From positions 2,503-66,502 of the forward strand of contig JAZNOR010000001.1 in NCBI GenBank assembly GCA_045589235.1: 64,000 bases of DNA. The letters run 5' to 3'. This DNA is from Eubacteriales bacterium. GTDB lineage: Bacteria > Bacillota > Clostridia > Oscillospirales > JAAYXM01. The notes under the pieces were generated by a model. It worked only from the letters and a program-made list of their open reading frames with translations, did no database searches and was not told the origin of the DNA. Shown here piece after piece: positions 1 through 10,195 of this stretch. The position numbers and the translations under genes were made by a program. Within the stretch, counting starts at the first letter, position 1, and every line of letters starts with the position of its first letter.

Positions 1-648
1 CTTGAGGATCCGGGCAACGAGCCGATGTATGATAAAATCTTAGAGCTCGGCGTTACTCCAGAAAAGGCACCGGATACTCCTACCTACATTGACATCGCAT
101 TTGAGAAGGGTGTTCCGGTAGCGCTCGACGGCAAGAAGATGAAGGCTCTTGACATTATCTTAGAGCTTAACAAAATCGGTGGCGCAAACGGTATTGGTAT
201 CGTTGACCTCGTTGAGAACCGTCTTGTAGGTATGAAGAGCCGTGGCGTTTATGAGACTCCGGGCGGAACAATTCTTTATAAGGCTCACGAGTTTTTAGAG
301 ACTCTTTGCCTCGATCGCGACACACATCATTTCAAGGCACAGGCAGCAATCCGTTTTGCAGAGCTTGTATACTTCGGTCAGTGGTACACTCCGCTTCGCG
401 AGGCGCTCTCAGCATTCGTTGACAGCACTCAGGAGAGAGTAACCGGTCACGTTAAGTTAAAGCTCTATAAGGGCAATATCATAAATGCAGGTATGTGGAG
501 CGAATACTCACTCTACGACGAAGAAGTTGCGACCTTCGACGAGGATGAAGTTTACGACCAGAAGGATGCAGAAGGATTCATAAATCTTTTCGGCCTTCCG
601 CTTAAGGTCCGCGCAATGCTCGACAATAAGAGAGAAAATAACAAGTAA
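1..648 (+). CDS. argG: argininosuccinate synthase, C-terminal part (5' end lies outside the window)
   Basis: The frame is open from base 1 (LEDPGNEP precedes the first Met of the track ORF). Conserved ArgG C-terminal segments are present ([24 protein letters not shown]). It heads a contiguous arg gene run. Confidence 0.9.
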   Translation, partial: LEDPGNEPMYDKILELGVTPEKAPDTPTYIDIAFEKGVPVALDGKKMKALDIILELNKIGGANGIGIVDLVENRLVGMKSRGVYETPGGTILYKAHEFLETLCLDRDTHHFKAQAAIRFAELVYFGQWYTPLREALSAFVDSTQERVTGHVKLKLYKGNIINAGMWSEYSLYDEEVATFDEDEVYDQKDAEGFINLFGLPLKVRAMLDNKRENNK

Positions 649-718
649 AAATAACGTTTGTAAGGGGATTGCCTTGCGCAATCCTCTTGCAAATTTTAAG
701 TAAAAAGGAGAAACCCAA

Positions 719-2098
719 ATGAAACTTTGGTCAGGACGCTTTCAAAAAGATGTTGATACATTGGTAAACGATTTTAACTCATCAATTCAGTTCGATGCAA
801 GAATGTACCGAGAGGATATCGAGGGTAGCATTGCACATGCAATGATGCTCGGCCGTCAGGGCATTATATCTATGAGCGAATCTGAGAAAATCGTTAAAAC
901 TCTTGGCGAAATTTTAGCAGATATCGAGGCGGGTAAGGTTGAATTTTCACTCGATAACGAGGATATACATATGAATATCGAGCGCATTTTAACCGAGCGC
1001 ATAGGCGATACAGGTAAGCGTCTGCACACGGCACGTAGCCGCAATGACCAGGTTGCACTTGATATCAGAATGAACCTCAAAAAAGAGGTTATTCGCATTA
1101 AAAACTTAGTGCTTGGTCTGCAGGAGGCACTTGCAGATAAGGCTGAGGAAAATTTAGATGCAATTCTTCCGGGCTATACTCATCTCCAGCGCGCCCAGCC
1201 GTCAACTGCGGCACATCACTTTATGGCGTATGGCGAAATGTTAAAGCGCGATGTTACACGCCTTGAGGATTGCCTTAAGAGAATGAACACAATGCCTTTG
1301 GGCAGCGGTGCACTAGCTGGCACAACTTACCCAATTGACCGCTATTTTGTAGCTGAAAAGCTCGGCTTTGACGATATTACAAATAACTCACTCGACGGCG
1401 TTTCCGATCGTGACTTTGTAATTGAGTTTGCATCCTGCCTTTCTATGATTATGATGCACCTTTCACGTTTTTCTGAGGAGATCATTCTCTGGTGCTCATG
1501 GGAATTTTCATATATCGAGCTTGACGATGCTTATTCAACAGGCTCATCAATTATGCCGCAGAAAAAGAATCCGGACGTTGCAGAGCTCGTCCGCGGTAAA
1601 ACAGGCAGAGTTTACGGCTCTCTCATGGGTCTTCTCACGATGATGAAGGGTTTACCGCTTGCATATAACAAGGATATGCAGGAAGATAAGGAAGCAATCT
1701 TTGATGCGATTGATACAGTTGCTCAGTGTTTAGATGTATTCACCCCGATGTTTAAGACAATGACAATTAAGAAGGACAAGATGAGAACTGCGGCAGCAGG
1801 TGGCTTTATCAATGCAACCGACGCGGCAGACTATCTTGTTAAAAAGGGAATGCCGTTCCGCGATGCGTATATGATCGTCGGAAAGCTCGTTACCTATTGC
1901 ATCACATCGGGCAAAACCCTTGACACATTAACTTTAGATGATTATCACACCATTTCACCGGTGTTTGAAGATGACGTGTACGAAGCCCTTGACCTTGCAG
2001 TTTGCGTTGACGGACGTAAAGTACCGGGCGGCCCTGCAAAGGAAGAGGTAATGCGTCAGATTACATTACTTCGTGAATTTATTGCAGAAAGGAAGTAG
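719..2098 (+). CDS. argH: argininosuccinate lyase
   Basis: 459 aa. N-terminus is MKLWSGRF. Carries the fumarate-lyase superfamily signature [22 protein letters not shown] lies upstream. Confidence 0.95.
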   Translation: MKLWSGRFQKDVDTLVNDFNSSIQFDARMYREDIEGSIAHAMMLGRQGIISMSESEKIVKTLGEILADIEAGKVEFSLDNEDIHMNIERILTERIGDTGKRLHTARSRNDQVALDIRMNLKKEVIRIKNLVLGLQEALADKAEENLDAILPGYTHLQRAQPSTAAHHFMAYGEMLKRDVTRLEDCLKRMNTMPLGSGALAGTTYPIDRYFVAEKLGFDDITNNSLDGVSDRDFVIEFASCLSMIMMHLSRFSEEIILWCSWEFSYIELDDAYSTGSSIMPQKKNPDVAELVRGKTGRVYGSLMGLLTMMKGLPLAYNKDMQEDKEAIFDAIDTVAQCLDVFTPMFKTMTIKKDKMRTAAAGGFINATDAADYLVKKGMPFRDAYMIVGKLVTYCITSGKTLDTLTLDDYHTISPVFEDDVYEALDLAVCVDGRKVPGGPAKEEVMRQITLLREFIAERK

Positions 2099-2104
2099 AG
2101 CAAG

Positions 2105-3139
2105 ATGAAAAAAGTAGGAATAATCGGAGCTACCGGCTACGGCGGCGTTGAGCTTGTTCGTCTCTTGCTCGACCATCCGGCAGTTGAGCTTTGCAAATTA
2201 AGCTCCGTTTCATTTGAGGGTAAAAAGATATCCGATGTTTACCCAACTCTTTATACGATTTGTGACGATACACTAAGAGGTCAGGACGAGGTTGTAAATA
2301 GCTGTGATATTATTTTCGCTGCTCTTCCGCACGGTCTCTCTCAGCCACTTGCAAAGCAGTGCGACGAGAAGGGAATCTTGTTTATCGATTTAGGTGCAGA
2401 CTTCCGCCTTGACGATGAAGATGTTTATAAAAAATGGTATGGCTGTGAGTTTGAGGATAAGGAACTTCAGGCAAAATCAGTTTATGGCCTTTGCGAATTC
2501 AATCGTGAGCAGATTAAAAAGACAAATATTATCGCAAACCCGGGCTGTTATCCAACATCGATTGCCCTTGGTTTATATCCGGCACTTAAGAATAAAATGT
2601 GCAAGACTACGGGTATTATCATCGACTCAAAATCCGGCGCAACCGGTGCCGGCAGAAGTCTTACACAGAACACTCATTTTACCGAGCTAAACGAAGGCTT
2701 TGCTCCGTATAAAGTTGGCAAGCATCGCCACACTCCGGAAATTGAGCAGACTCTCTCAAAAATGTCAGGCGAGGATGTTAAGGTTACTTTCGTTCCTCAT
2801 CTTCTGCCGATAAACCGCGGAATTGAATCCACAATTTATGTGGATAAAAACGGCGATTATACATTGCAGGAGCTCCGCGATTTGTATGTTAAATTCTATA
2901 AAGACGAAAAATTTGTTACCGTTCTGCCACTTGGTAGCGCAGTTAATCTTCGAAATGTCAGAATGACAAATCAGTGCCAGATTTCGTTGCACGAGGATGA
3001 GCACACGGGCAAGATTATAATTGCATCGGTAATTGACAATATGGTTAAAGGTGCCGCAGGACAGGCTATTCAGAATATGAATATAGCTCTCGGAATTGAC
3101 GAGGATACCGCACTTCCGATTCTTGCACCGGCATTTTAG
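2105..3139 (+). CDS. argC: N-acetyl-gamma-glutamyl-phosphate reductase
   Basis: 344 aa. Has a GATGYGG Rossmann motif and an active-site NPGCYPT motif. Sits in the arg cluster. Confidence 0.95.
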   Translation: MKKVGIIGATGYGGVELVRLLLDHPAVELCKLSSVSFEGKKISDVYPTLYTICDDTLRGQDEVVNSCDIIFAALPHGLSQPLAKQCDEKGILFIDLGADFRLDDEDVYKKWYGCEFEDKELQAKSVYGLCEFNREQIKKTNIIANPGCYPTSIALGLYPALKNKMCKTTGIIIDSKSGATGAGRSLTQNTHFTELNEGFAPYKVGKHRHTPEIEQTLSKMSGEDVKVTFVPHLLPINRGIESTIYVDKNGDYTLQELRDLYVKFYKDEKFVTVLPLGSAVNLRNVRMTNQCQISLHEDEHTGKIIIASVIDNMVKGAAGQAIQNMNIALGIDEDTALPILAPAF

Positions 3140-3153
3140 TTAGGAGAAATTTT

Positions 3154-4368
3154 ATGAAAAACATTTCAGGTGGCGTGTGTGCCCCGCAGGGCTTTAAGGC
3201 ATCAGGCCTTCACTGCGGAATGCGAAAAAATAAAGAGCGCCGTGATGTAGCGCTTATTTCCTGCGATACGCTTTGTAATGCGGCTGCTACTTATACAACA
3301 AACAGAGTTAAGGCAGCACCCGTTTACTTAAATATGCAGAATATGCAGAGAGGCAAAATGCGTGCTGTGATTGCAAACAGCGGTAACGCTAATGCTTGTG
3401 CACCAAACGGTATGGAAAAAGCACAGAAAATGTGCGATATTACAGCAAAAGCTCTTGGGATTGCGCCAAATGAGGTTTTCGTTTGCTCAACCGGTGTAAT
3501 CGGCGTCGAGCTTGACACAACTCCGATTGAAAAAAATATTGATAAATTAGTTGCATCACTTTCAACAAACGGCGGTGACGATGCGGCAAATGCGATTTTA
3601 ACAACAGATACCGTTAAAAAAGAGATTTCACTTGAGTGTGAAATCGGCGGTAAGACCGTTAAAATGGGTGCAATGGCAAAGGGGTCGGGTATGATTCACC
3701 CAAATATGGGCACAATGCTCTGCTTTATCACAACGGATGCAAACATTGAGTCAGATGTGCTTCAGAGTGCACTTCTTTCCGTTGTTAAGCGCACATTTAA
3801 CCGAGTATCCGTCGACGGTGATACATCAACAAACGATACGGCAGTAATTTTGGCTTCCGGCCTTGCAGGAAATGCACCGATTGTTGAAAACTCTGCAGAA
3901 TATGATGCATTTTATAAAATGCTCTTTGCAGTATGCGAGCATCTTGCTCGTGCAATCGCTAAAGACGGCGAGGGCGCAACTCACCTTATTACTTGTACAG
4001 TAGATGGAGCAAGCACAGAAGCTAAGGCAGAAAAGCTTGCAAAGTCAATTATTTCATCTTCTCTAACAAAGGCGGCAATGTTTGGCGCTGATGCAAACTG
4101 GGGCAGAGTGCTTTGCGCAATGGGATACTCGGGCGAAGATTTTGAGCCTGATGAAGTTACAATCTCATTTGCATCAAAGGCTGGCGAAATTATCGTTTGT
4201 GAAAACGGTCGTGGCCTTGTTTTCGATGAAGATTTAGCTAAGAAAATTTTAACCGAGGCGGATATCGAAATCCGTGCAAAATTATCAGAGGGAAATGAAT
4301 CAGCAACCGTTTGGGGCTGTGACCTTACTTATGATTATGTTAAAATTAACGGAGATTACAGAACATAG
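3154..4368 (+). CDS. argJ: bifunctional ornithine acetyltransferase / N-acetylglutamate synthase
   Basis: 404 aa. ArgJ-type autoprocessing region MLCFITTDA and C-terminal YVKINGDYRT are present. SD AGGAGA lies upstream. Confidence 0.95.
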   Translation: MKNISGGVCAPQGFKASGLHCGMRKNKERRDVALISCDTLCNAAATYTTNRVKAAPVYLNMQNMQRGKMRAVIANSGNANACAPNGMEKAQKMCDITAKALGIAPNEVFVCSTGVIGVELDTTPIEKNIDKLVASLSTNGGDDAANAILTTDTVKKEISLECEIGGKTVKMGAMAKGSGMIHPNMGTMLCFITTDANIESDVLQSALLSVVKRTFNRVSVDGDTSTNDTAVILASGLAGNAPIVENSAEYDAFYKMLFAVCEHLARAIAKDGEGATHLITCTVDGASTEAKAEKLAKSIISSSLTKAAMFGADANWGRVLCAMGYSGEDFEPDEVTISFASKAGEIIVCENGRGLVFDEDLAKKILTEADIEIRAKLSEGNESATVWGCDLTYDYVKINGDYRT

Positions 4369-4379
4369 GAGAATCTAAG

Positions 4380-5249
4380 ATGGATATGCAGTTAGATCGT
4401 GCACAAGTGCTTACAGAAGCACTTCCATACATACAGAAATATTATAATAAAACTGTTGTTGTTAAATACGGTGGAAACGCAATGACAAGCGATGAGCTAA
4501 AAAGCGCAGTTATTAAAGACATCGTGCTTTTATCGCTCGTCGGTGTAAATGTCGTTGTCGTTCACGGCGGCGGACCTGAGATTAACGCGATGTTCAAGCG
4601 CGTTGGTAAAGAGAGCAAGTTCGTTAACGGTCTTCGCTATACCGATGACGATTCTATGGATTTAGTCCAGATGGTGCTTGCAGGCAAGCTCAATAAAGAA
4701 ATCGTTTCAATCATCAATCAAGCAGGAGGTCGAGCTATTGGCCTCTGCGGAATTGACGGCGGAATGTTCAAAGCAGAAAAGTTAACTGAAGACGGTTTCG
4801 ATTACGGCAGAGTCGGCGAAATCACTGAGGTAGACACATCTGTCATCGAGGATGCAATCAAATGCGGGTTCATTCCTGTTGTTGCAACCGTTGCTCAGGG
4901 CGAGGACGGAAGTTATAACATAAATGCAGATACCGCGGCAGCAGCTTTAGCCGCAGCACTCGGTGCAGAAAAGCTTATGTTACTTACGGATATTGCAGGC
5001 CTTCTTCGCGACCCATCTGACCCGTCAACTTTAATTTCAGATATAAATGTATCCGAAATTCCGAAACTCCAGCGCGATGGAGTAATCTCGGGCGGAATGA
5101 TTCCTAAGATTGATTGCTGTGTCGAGGCGGTTCGTCAGGGTGTTGCGCAGGCAAATATCGTTGACGGTCGTGTACCACACTCAATTCTTATGGAAATGCT
5201 GTCTGATGCAGGTATCGGAACTATGATTTACGGCGAAAGGTGTGTGTAG
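4380..5249 (+). CDS. argB: acetylglutamate kinase
   Basis: 289 aa. Amino-acid kinase motifs VVKYGGNAM and VVVHGGGPEI are present. SD AGGAGA lies 7 nt upstream. Confidence 0.95.
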   Translation: MDMQLDRAQVLTEALPYIQKYYNKTVVVKYGGNAMTSDELKSAVIKDIVLLSLVGVNVVVVHGGGPEINAMFKRVGKESKFVNGLRYTDDDSMDLVQMVLAGKLNKEIVSIINQAGGRAIGLCGIDGGMFKAEKLTEDGFDYGRVGEITEVDTSVIEDAIKCGFIPVVATVAQGEDGSYNINADTAAAALAAALGAEKLMLLTDIAGLLRDPSDPSTLISDINVSEIPKLQRDGVISGGMIPKIDCCVEAVRQGVAQANIVDGRVPHSILMEMLSDAGIGTMIYGERCV

Positions 5250-5252
5250 ACT

Positions 5253-6443
5253 TTGTTAAGTTCACAGCAGATTAAAGAAAAAGATTCGCAGTATATAATG
5301 CAGACCTATGGTCGCTTTCCTGTTGCGATAGTTCGCGGTGAGGGTAGTACGGTTTACGACCCTGAGGGAAATGAATATATAGATTTCACAAGCGGTATCG
5401 GCGTTTGCAGCGTTGGTTACGGTAATAAGAAATGGGCAAAGGCAATTGCAGAACAGGCAGAAAAGCTTGGTCACATTTCAAATTTATTCTTTACCGAGCC
5501 GTCTGTAATTTTAGCAGAACGCCTTTGCAAGGCATCGGGAATGAGCAAAGTCTTTTTCTCAAACTCGGGTGCAGAGAGTAACGAGGGTGCAATTAAGCTT
5601 GCAAGAAAGTATAGCTTTGATAAATACGGCGAGGGTAGAAGTAAGATTATAACTCTCATTCAATCCTTCCACGGCAGAACGGTAACAACACTTGCTGCAA
5701 CAGGTCAGGATGTGTTTCACACAAATTTCTATCCGTTTACCGAGGGCTTTGAACACGTTCCTGCAAACGATTTTGATGCGCTTAAAGCAGCACTGTCAGA
5801 CGATGTTTGTGCTGTAATGATGGAGCTTGTTCAGGGCGAGGGCGGTGTTTTACCGCTTGATCGCGAATATGTTAAAAAGGTGCAGGAAATCTGCAACGAG
5901 CGCGATATTCTTCTTATGATAGACGAAGTTCAGACAGGAATGGGAAGATGCGGAAAGCTCTTTGCGTTTATGGAATATGGAATTGAGCCCGACGTTGTAA
6001 CAACAGCTAAGGGCATTGCGGGCGGATTGCCGCTTGGCGCAGTTTTTGCAAGCAAGAAAACAGAAAGTGTTCTTACAGCAGGAACTCACGCAACAACCTT
6101 TGGTGCTAACCCGATTTGTACCGCCGCAGGTAACACCGTGCTTGATATTTTAGAAGACGGCGTGCTTGAAGATGTAACAAAAAAAGGTAATTACATCCGC
6201 AAAAAAATTGAGGCGATGAATTTAAATATCGTTTCGGAAACACGTGGCCTAGGTATGATGATTGGTGTTGTTGTACCAAAAGGCGAGCATAAAAAACTTG
6301 CTGCAAAATTAATTGAAAACGGTCTTTTATGTATAACTGCAGGAAGTGACGCGATTCGATTCTTACCGCCGCTTACAATTACTTATGAAGAAATTGATAA
6401 AGGCCTTGCAATCTTTGAAAAGGTATTAAAGGAGGAGAAATAA
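5253..6443 (+). CDS. argD: acetylornithine aminotransferase (class III PLP aminotransferase)
   Basis: 396 aa. Motifs SNSGAESNEGAIKLARK, DEVQTGMGRCGK and the PLP-lysine region TTAKGIAGG are present. The start is taken as the TTG given by the track, so the exact start is uncertain. Confidence 0.9.
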   Translation: MLSSQQIKEKDSQYIMQTYGRFPVAIVRGEGSTVYDPEGNEYIDFTSGIGVCSVGYGNKKWAKAIAEQAEKLGHISNLFFTEPSVILAERLCKASGMSKVFFSNSGAESNEGAIKLARKYSFDKYGEGRSKIITLIQSFHGRTVTTLAATGQDVFHTNFYPFTEGFEHVPANDFDALKAALSDDVCAVMMELVQGEGGVLPLDREYVKKVQEICNERDILLMIDEVQTGMGRCGKLFAFMEYGIEPDVVTTAKGIAGGLPLGAVFASKKTESVLTAGTHATTFGANPICTAAGNTVLDILEDGVLEDVTKKGNYIRKKIEAMNLNIVSETRGLGMMIGVVVPKGEHKKLAAKLIENGLLCITAGSDAIRFLPPLTITYEEIDKGLAIFEKVLKEEK

Positions 6444-7360
6444 TGAAAAAGGATCTCTTGAAGCTTACCGACTTATCCCGTGAGGAGTTAACTCACATTT
6501 TAGACGTTGCAGACCAGCTTAAATACAATCAGAAGCACGGTATCCCGCATAAAATTTTAGAGGGCAAAACTCTCGGTATGATTTTCCAGAAATCATCCAC
6601 ACGTACACGCGTATCCTTTGAGGTTGGTATGTTCCAACTCGGAGGTCACGCGCTCTTCCTCTCAACATCTGACATTCAGACGGGCAGAGGTGAGTCAATC
6701 CGCGATACCGCGCGCGTGCTTTCACGCTACTGTGACGGTATTATGATCCGCACCTACGGCCAGGATGAGGTTGAGGAGCTTGCTGAATACGCAAGTATTC
6801 CGGTAATCAACGGTCTTACAGACTATTGCCATCCGTGCCAGGTGCTCGCAGATTTAATGACAATCCGTGAGAAGATGAGCACTCTTGACGGTCTTCATAT
6901 GTGCTACATTGGCGACGGAAATAATATGGCAAACTCTCTCATCGCCGGCGGTCTTATCACCGGTATGAAGGTAACCGTTGCAACACCGAAAGGTTATGAG
7001 CCGGATCCGCAGATTTTAGAATTTGCAAAACAGTACGGCGATAAGTTTAAATGGTATGAGGATGTAATGGAAGCATCCCGCGGTGCTGATGTTCTTGTAA
7101 CCGATGTTTGGGCAAGCATGGGTCAGGAAGCTGAAATTGCTGAGAGAAAGAAAATCTTCACAGGCTATCAGATTAATTCAGCGGTTATGGAAAATGCAAA
7201 CGACGGCGCAATCGTTCTCCACTGCTTACCGGCACACAAGGGTGAGGAGATTACCGAGGATGTCTTCGAAAAATATGCAGATTGCATCTTTGACGAAGCT
7301 GAAAACCGCTTACATGCTCAGAAAGCTGTTATGGCAATACTTATGGGCGACCACAAATAA
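6443..7360 (+). CDS. argF: ornithine carbamoyltransferase
   Basis: 305 aa. Motifs STRTRVSFE, HPCQ and HCLPA are present. The ATG overlaps the argD stop (TAATG). Confidence 0.93.
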   Translation: MKKDLLKLTDLSREELTHILDVADQLKYNQKHGIPHKILEGKTLGMIFQKSSTRTRVSFEVGMFQLGGHALFLSTSDIQTGRGESIRDTARVLSRYCDGIMIRTYGQDEVEELAEYASIPVINGLTDYCHPCQVLADLMTIREKMSTLDGLHMCYIGDGNNMANSLIAGGLITGMKVTVATPKGYEPDPQILEFAKQYGDKFKWYEDVMEASRGADVLVTDVWASMGQEAEIAERKKIFTGYQINSAVMENANDGAIVLHCLPAHKGEEITEDVFEKYADCIFDEAENRLHAQKAVMAILMGDHK

Positions 7361-7362
7361 AC

Positions 7363-7394
7363 AAAAAAGCAACTTCGTTTAGAAGTTGCTTTTT
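7363..7394. terminator. bidirectional hairpin between argF and the convergent LysM-GH18 gene
   Basis: AAAAAAGCAACTTC-GTTTA-GAAGTTGCTTTTT. An A-run lies on one side and a T-run on the other. Confidence 0.8.
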
Positions 7395-8662
7395 ATATTA
7401 TAAAGTGCATTTAATACCAGCCAGTTTTGAGGAAATGCACGCATTGCATTCCAATACCCTGCACCGCGCAGAGAATATTTAGGGATTAGCGCAAGCTTTG
7501 CCGCAATTGAGCGTGCATCCTCAAACCATACTTCATGTGCACGACCGAGAGAATCAATATAGTTAAAAAACGGAGTTTGCGAGTAGTCGTCAAAGAATAT
7601 TTCAGCGCCGTAACGCGCGGCGAGAGCTATTGCCTCCTGACTTGAAATGGACGGTGCGCGCGACGAGCCTTGAATATAGGGCAGCGTCCAGTCGTAGCCA
7701 TAGTTTGGAACCCCTAAAAATATTTTATTTGCAGGAATTTCGGTCAGGGCATATTCTAAAACTGCGCGCACATTGGGAAGCGGTGCAACCGCAAGCGGAG
7801 GGCCGTAGGTATATCCCCATTCGTAAGTCATAAGTAAAACTGCATTTGCCGCCTCTCCCAAAGCTTTGTAATCGTGTCCCTCATAGAGAAGACCGCGCTG
7901 AGTTGCTGAAGTTTTTGGCGCAAGAGCAACGATTACCTCATAGCCTTCTGCATTTAGCCTGCGCGTGGCGTTTCCGACAAATGCGGCATATAGCGGCGCT
8001 TCTTCAGGGAAAATAAATTCAAAGTCAATGTCGAGCCCGCGGTATCCTTTGTCAATCATCGTAGTAAGAACATTGTTGATTAAAATATTTTGCAGATTTA
8101 TATTATTTAAAATAACACTTGCAAGCTCGTTGCTGAAATTTCCGTTTTCAGTAAGGGTAGATAAATGCATAAGTGGCGCAGTTTGGTATTCATTTGCCGT
8201 CTCAATTAAAAACGCGTCGTTTAAATCAACTAAAGTGCCCTCTTCGGTAAATCCGTATGTAAATGGAGTTAAGTAAGTTAAATAAGGGAGTGTCTGCCTA
8301 AGTAAGCTTTCGTTTATAAACGGGTATGCATATGCATTTACATCCATTTCGTAAGTTTTCTCACCGCGGTATGAAATAACAATAGTCTCACCGGGGAAAA
8401 TATTTTCTTCACCGCGCAAACGGATGTTGTTTCGGTATAGAGTATTGAGTGAAACGCCGTAAAGGTTTGCAATTGAGCGCAGAGTATCACCGGGTCGGAC
8501 AGTGTGTATTTGCTCGGGAAATAAAATAACAAGAACCTGACCTACAACAAGGGGCTGATTTTGTGGCAATTCGTTATTGTATATAATTGAGCTCTCGGTA
8601 ACACCGTAAAGTCTTGCTATTGAAAATACGGTTTCGCCTGCGCGTACAATGTGCAACTCCAT
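7379..8662 (-). CDS. LysM-LysM-GH18 spore peptidoglycan hydrolase (YaaH/SleL-like)
   Basis: Two N-terminal LysM repeats (GETVFSIARLYGV, GDTLRSIANLYGV) are followed by a GH18 fold with DIDFE. I place the start at MELHIV (8662) because SD GAGGTGG lies 5 nt upstream. The track start at 8671 is a GTG inside that SD. Confidence 0.8.
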   Translation of the reverse strand: MELHIVRAGETVFSIARLYGVTESSIIYNNELPQNQPLVVGQVLVILFPEQIHTVRPGDTLRSIANLYGVSLNTLYRNNIRLRGEENIFPGETIVISYRGEKTYEMDVNAYAYPFINESLLRQTLPYLTYLTPFTYGFTEEGTLVDLNDAFLIETANEYQTAPLMHLSTLTENGNFSNELASVILNNINLQNILINNVLTTMIDKGYRGLDIDFEFIFPEEAPLYAAFVGNATRRLNAEGYEVIVALAPKTSATQRGLLYEGHDYKALGEAANAVLLMTYEWGYTYGPPLAVAPLPNVRAVLEYALTEIPANKIFLGVPNYGYDWTLPYIQGSSRAPSISSQEAIALAARYGAEIFFDDYSQTPFFNYIDSLGRAHEVWFEDARSIAAKLALIPKYSLRGAGYWNAMRAFPQNWLVLNALYNIKSNF

Positions 8663-8663
8663 A

Positions 8664-8701
8664 AAAACCACCTCTACATAAATTTATGCAGAGGTGGTTT
8701 T
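8664..8701 (-). terminator. long hairpin plus U-tract after the TIGR01440 gene; its 3' arm contains the SD of the next gene
   Basis: The minus-strand RNA reads AAAACCACCUCUGCAUAAAUUUAUGUAGAGGUGGUUUUU and is followed directly by the AUG at 8662. Confidence 0.65.
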
Positions 8702-8705
8702 AATA

Positions 8706-9257
8706 TTACTTTAAATCGTCATTATAATGTGCGCGCTCACCGCCGATAAATTTAGGTCTTGTTCTCGCGCAGATTATCGGCGCTTCGCCGATTGACTTAA
8801 TTGATAAACGAGTAGGCACGGCAACTTTCTTAAGATGCATACCGATGAGTGTTCCGCCGATGTCAAGCCCTGCATCAGCAGAGATTTCTTCAACTGCAAC
8901 CGGGTCGTGAAAAGCAGAATAAGCAGTTGTTGCAAAAGAGCCACCTGCCTTAGGCTGCGGAACGACGTTGCAAACCTCACGCATCTGCGCCTTGGCAACC
9001 TCACGCTCAACAATGATTGCGCGATTTAAATGCTCGCAACACTGTGCGGCAAGGAAAATTCCTTTAGCGCAGAGTTCTGGGTAAACTGCATTGAATATCG
9101 CCTGCGCGGTCGGAAGACTTGAATCAGAGCCAATTTTATGACCACACACCTCACTTGAACTGCAACCTATAACCAAAACGTCACCGGCTTTTAAGTTTGC
9201 TGCTTCAATAAGCTCGCAAACTGCAAGACGAGCATCGTTTGCTATTTTCTCTAACAT
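8706..9257 (-). CDS. TIGR01440 / UPF0340 (YwlG-like) family protein
   Basis: About 183 aa. Family-typical segments are VIGCSSSEV, CCEHLNRA and GGTLIGMHL. The start is set at MLEKI because SD AAGGAGA lies 8 nt upstream. The track ATG at 9266 abuts that SD. Confidence 0.8.
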   Translation of the reverse strand: MLEKIANDARLAVCELIEAANLKAGDVLVIGCSSSEVCGHKIGSDSSLPTAQAIFNAVYPELCAKGIFLAAQCCEHLNRAIIVEREVAKAQMREVCNVVPQPKAGGSFATTAYSAFHDPVAVEEISADAGLDIGGTLIGMHLKKVAVPTRLSIKSIGEAPIICARTRPKFIGGERAHYNDDLK

Positions 9258-9367
9258 AAAATTCATCTCCTTTAATTTAATTATAGCTTAAATAAACAAA
9301 ATAATCAAGGACAAGGCTGAGCGTATAGCAAAGATATTTTTAAAATATAGTAAGGTGAGGTGATAAT

Positions 9368-10159
9368 ATGGTAATTCGTTTGAAAAAGCGAAGTGTTTTT
9401 GTTGTGGCGCTCATACTCGCGCTTACACTTGCAACCACATTTTTAGGAAATAATGAAACAGTAACGGTAAATTCGGAAATAACAAATTGGGGCTTAAGCT
9501 TTGGGAAAGAGGGAGAGGCACCGCGTGGAAATGCAAGTGCGGAATCACTTTCTGAATATGATGCGTATTTTATCGATACTACAGATGAGAAAAAATTATA
9601 TTTAACCTTTGATGCAGGGTTTGAAAACGGCTATACACCGCAGATTCTAGATGTGTTAAAGGCGCACGATGTTAAAGCTACCTTCTTTCTCGTTTCAAAT
9701 TATATAGACACGGCACCTGAGCTTGTCCGACGAATGGTTGAGGAGGGGCACACGGTTGCAAACCACACTGCATCACATCCGGATATGTCAAAAATTGAGA
9801 GTAAAGAAAGCTTTTTAAAAGAGCTGTGTACACTGGAAGAAAAATATAAAGAAGTTACAGGTAAGGAAATGCAGAAAATCTACCGCCCACCGCAGGGAAA
9901 ATTCAGCACACAGAATTTAACGTTTGCACAGGAATTAGGATATAAAACCGTTTTTTGGAGTCTCGCGTATGTAGATTGGTATACGGATAATCAGCCAACG
10001 CGTGAGATGGCGTTTTCAAAACTTATTCCGCGAACTCATCCGGGTGCGATCGTGTTGCTACACAGCACTTCAAAAACAAATGCTGAAATTTTAGATGAGC
10101 TTTTAACGCGTTGGGAGAATGCAGGCTTTAGAATAGCACCGATTGACGAGCTTTTTTAA
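9368..10159 (+). CDS. pdaA: polysaccharide deacetylase, PdaA-like (delta-lactam-biosynthetic de-N-acetylase)
   Basis: 263 aa with a signal or anchor sequence. NodB-fold motifs are LTFDAGFENGYTP and HTVANHTASHP. Length and motif order match PdaA. Confidence 0.8.
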   Translation: MVIRLKKRSVFVVALILALTLATTFLGNNETVTVNSEITNWGLSFGKEGEAPRGNASAESLSEYDAYFIDTTDEKKLYLTFDAGFENGYTPQILDVLKAHDVKATFFLVSNYIDTAPELVRRMVEEGHTVANHTASHPDMSKIESKESFLKELCTLEEKYKEVTGKEMQKIYRPPQGKFSTQNLTFAQELGYKTVFWSLAYVDWYTDNQPTREMAFSKLIPRTHPGAIVLLHSTSKTNAEILDELLTRWENAGFRIAPIDELF

Positions 10160-10195
10160 ATTGTGTTATAATGTAACACAAAGGAGGTGCTTTAT

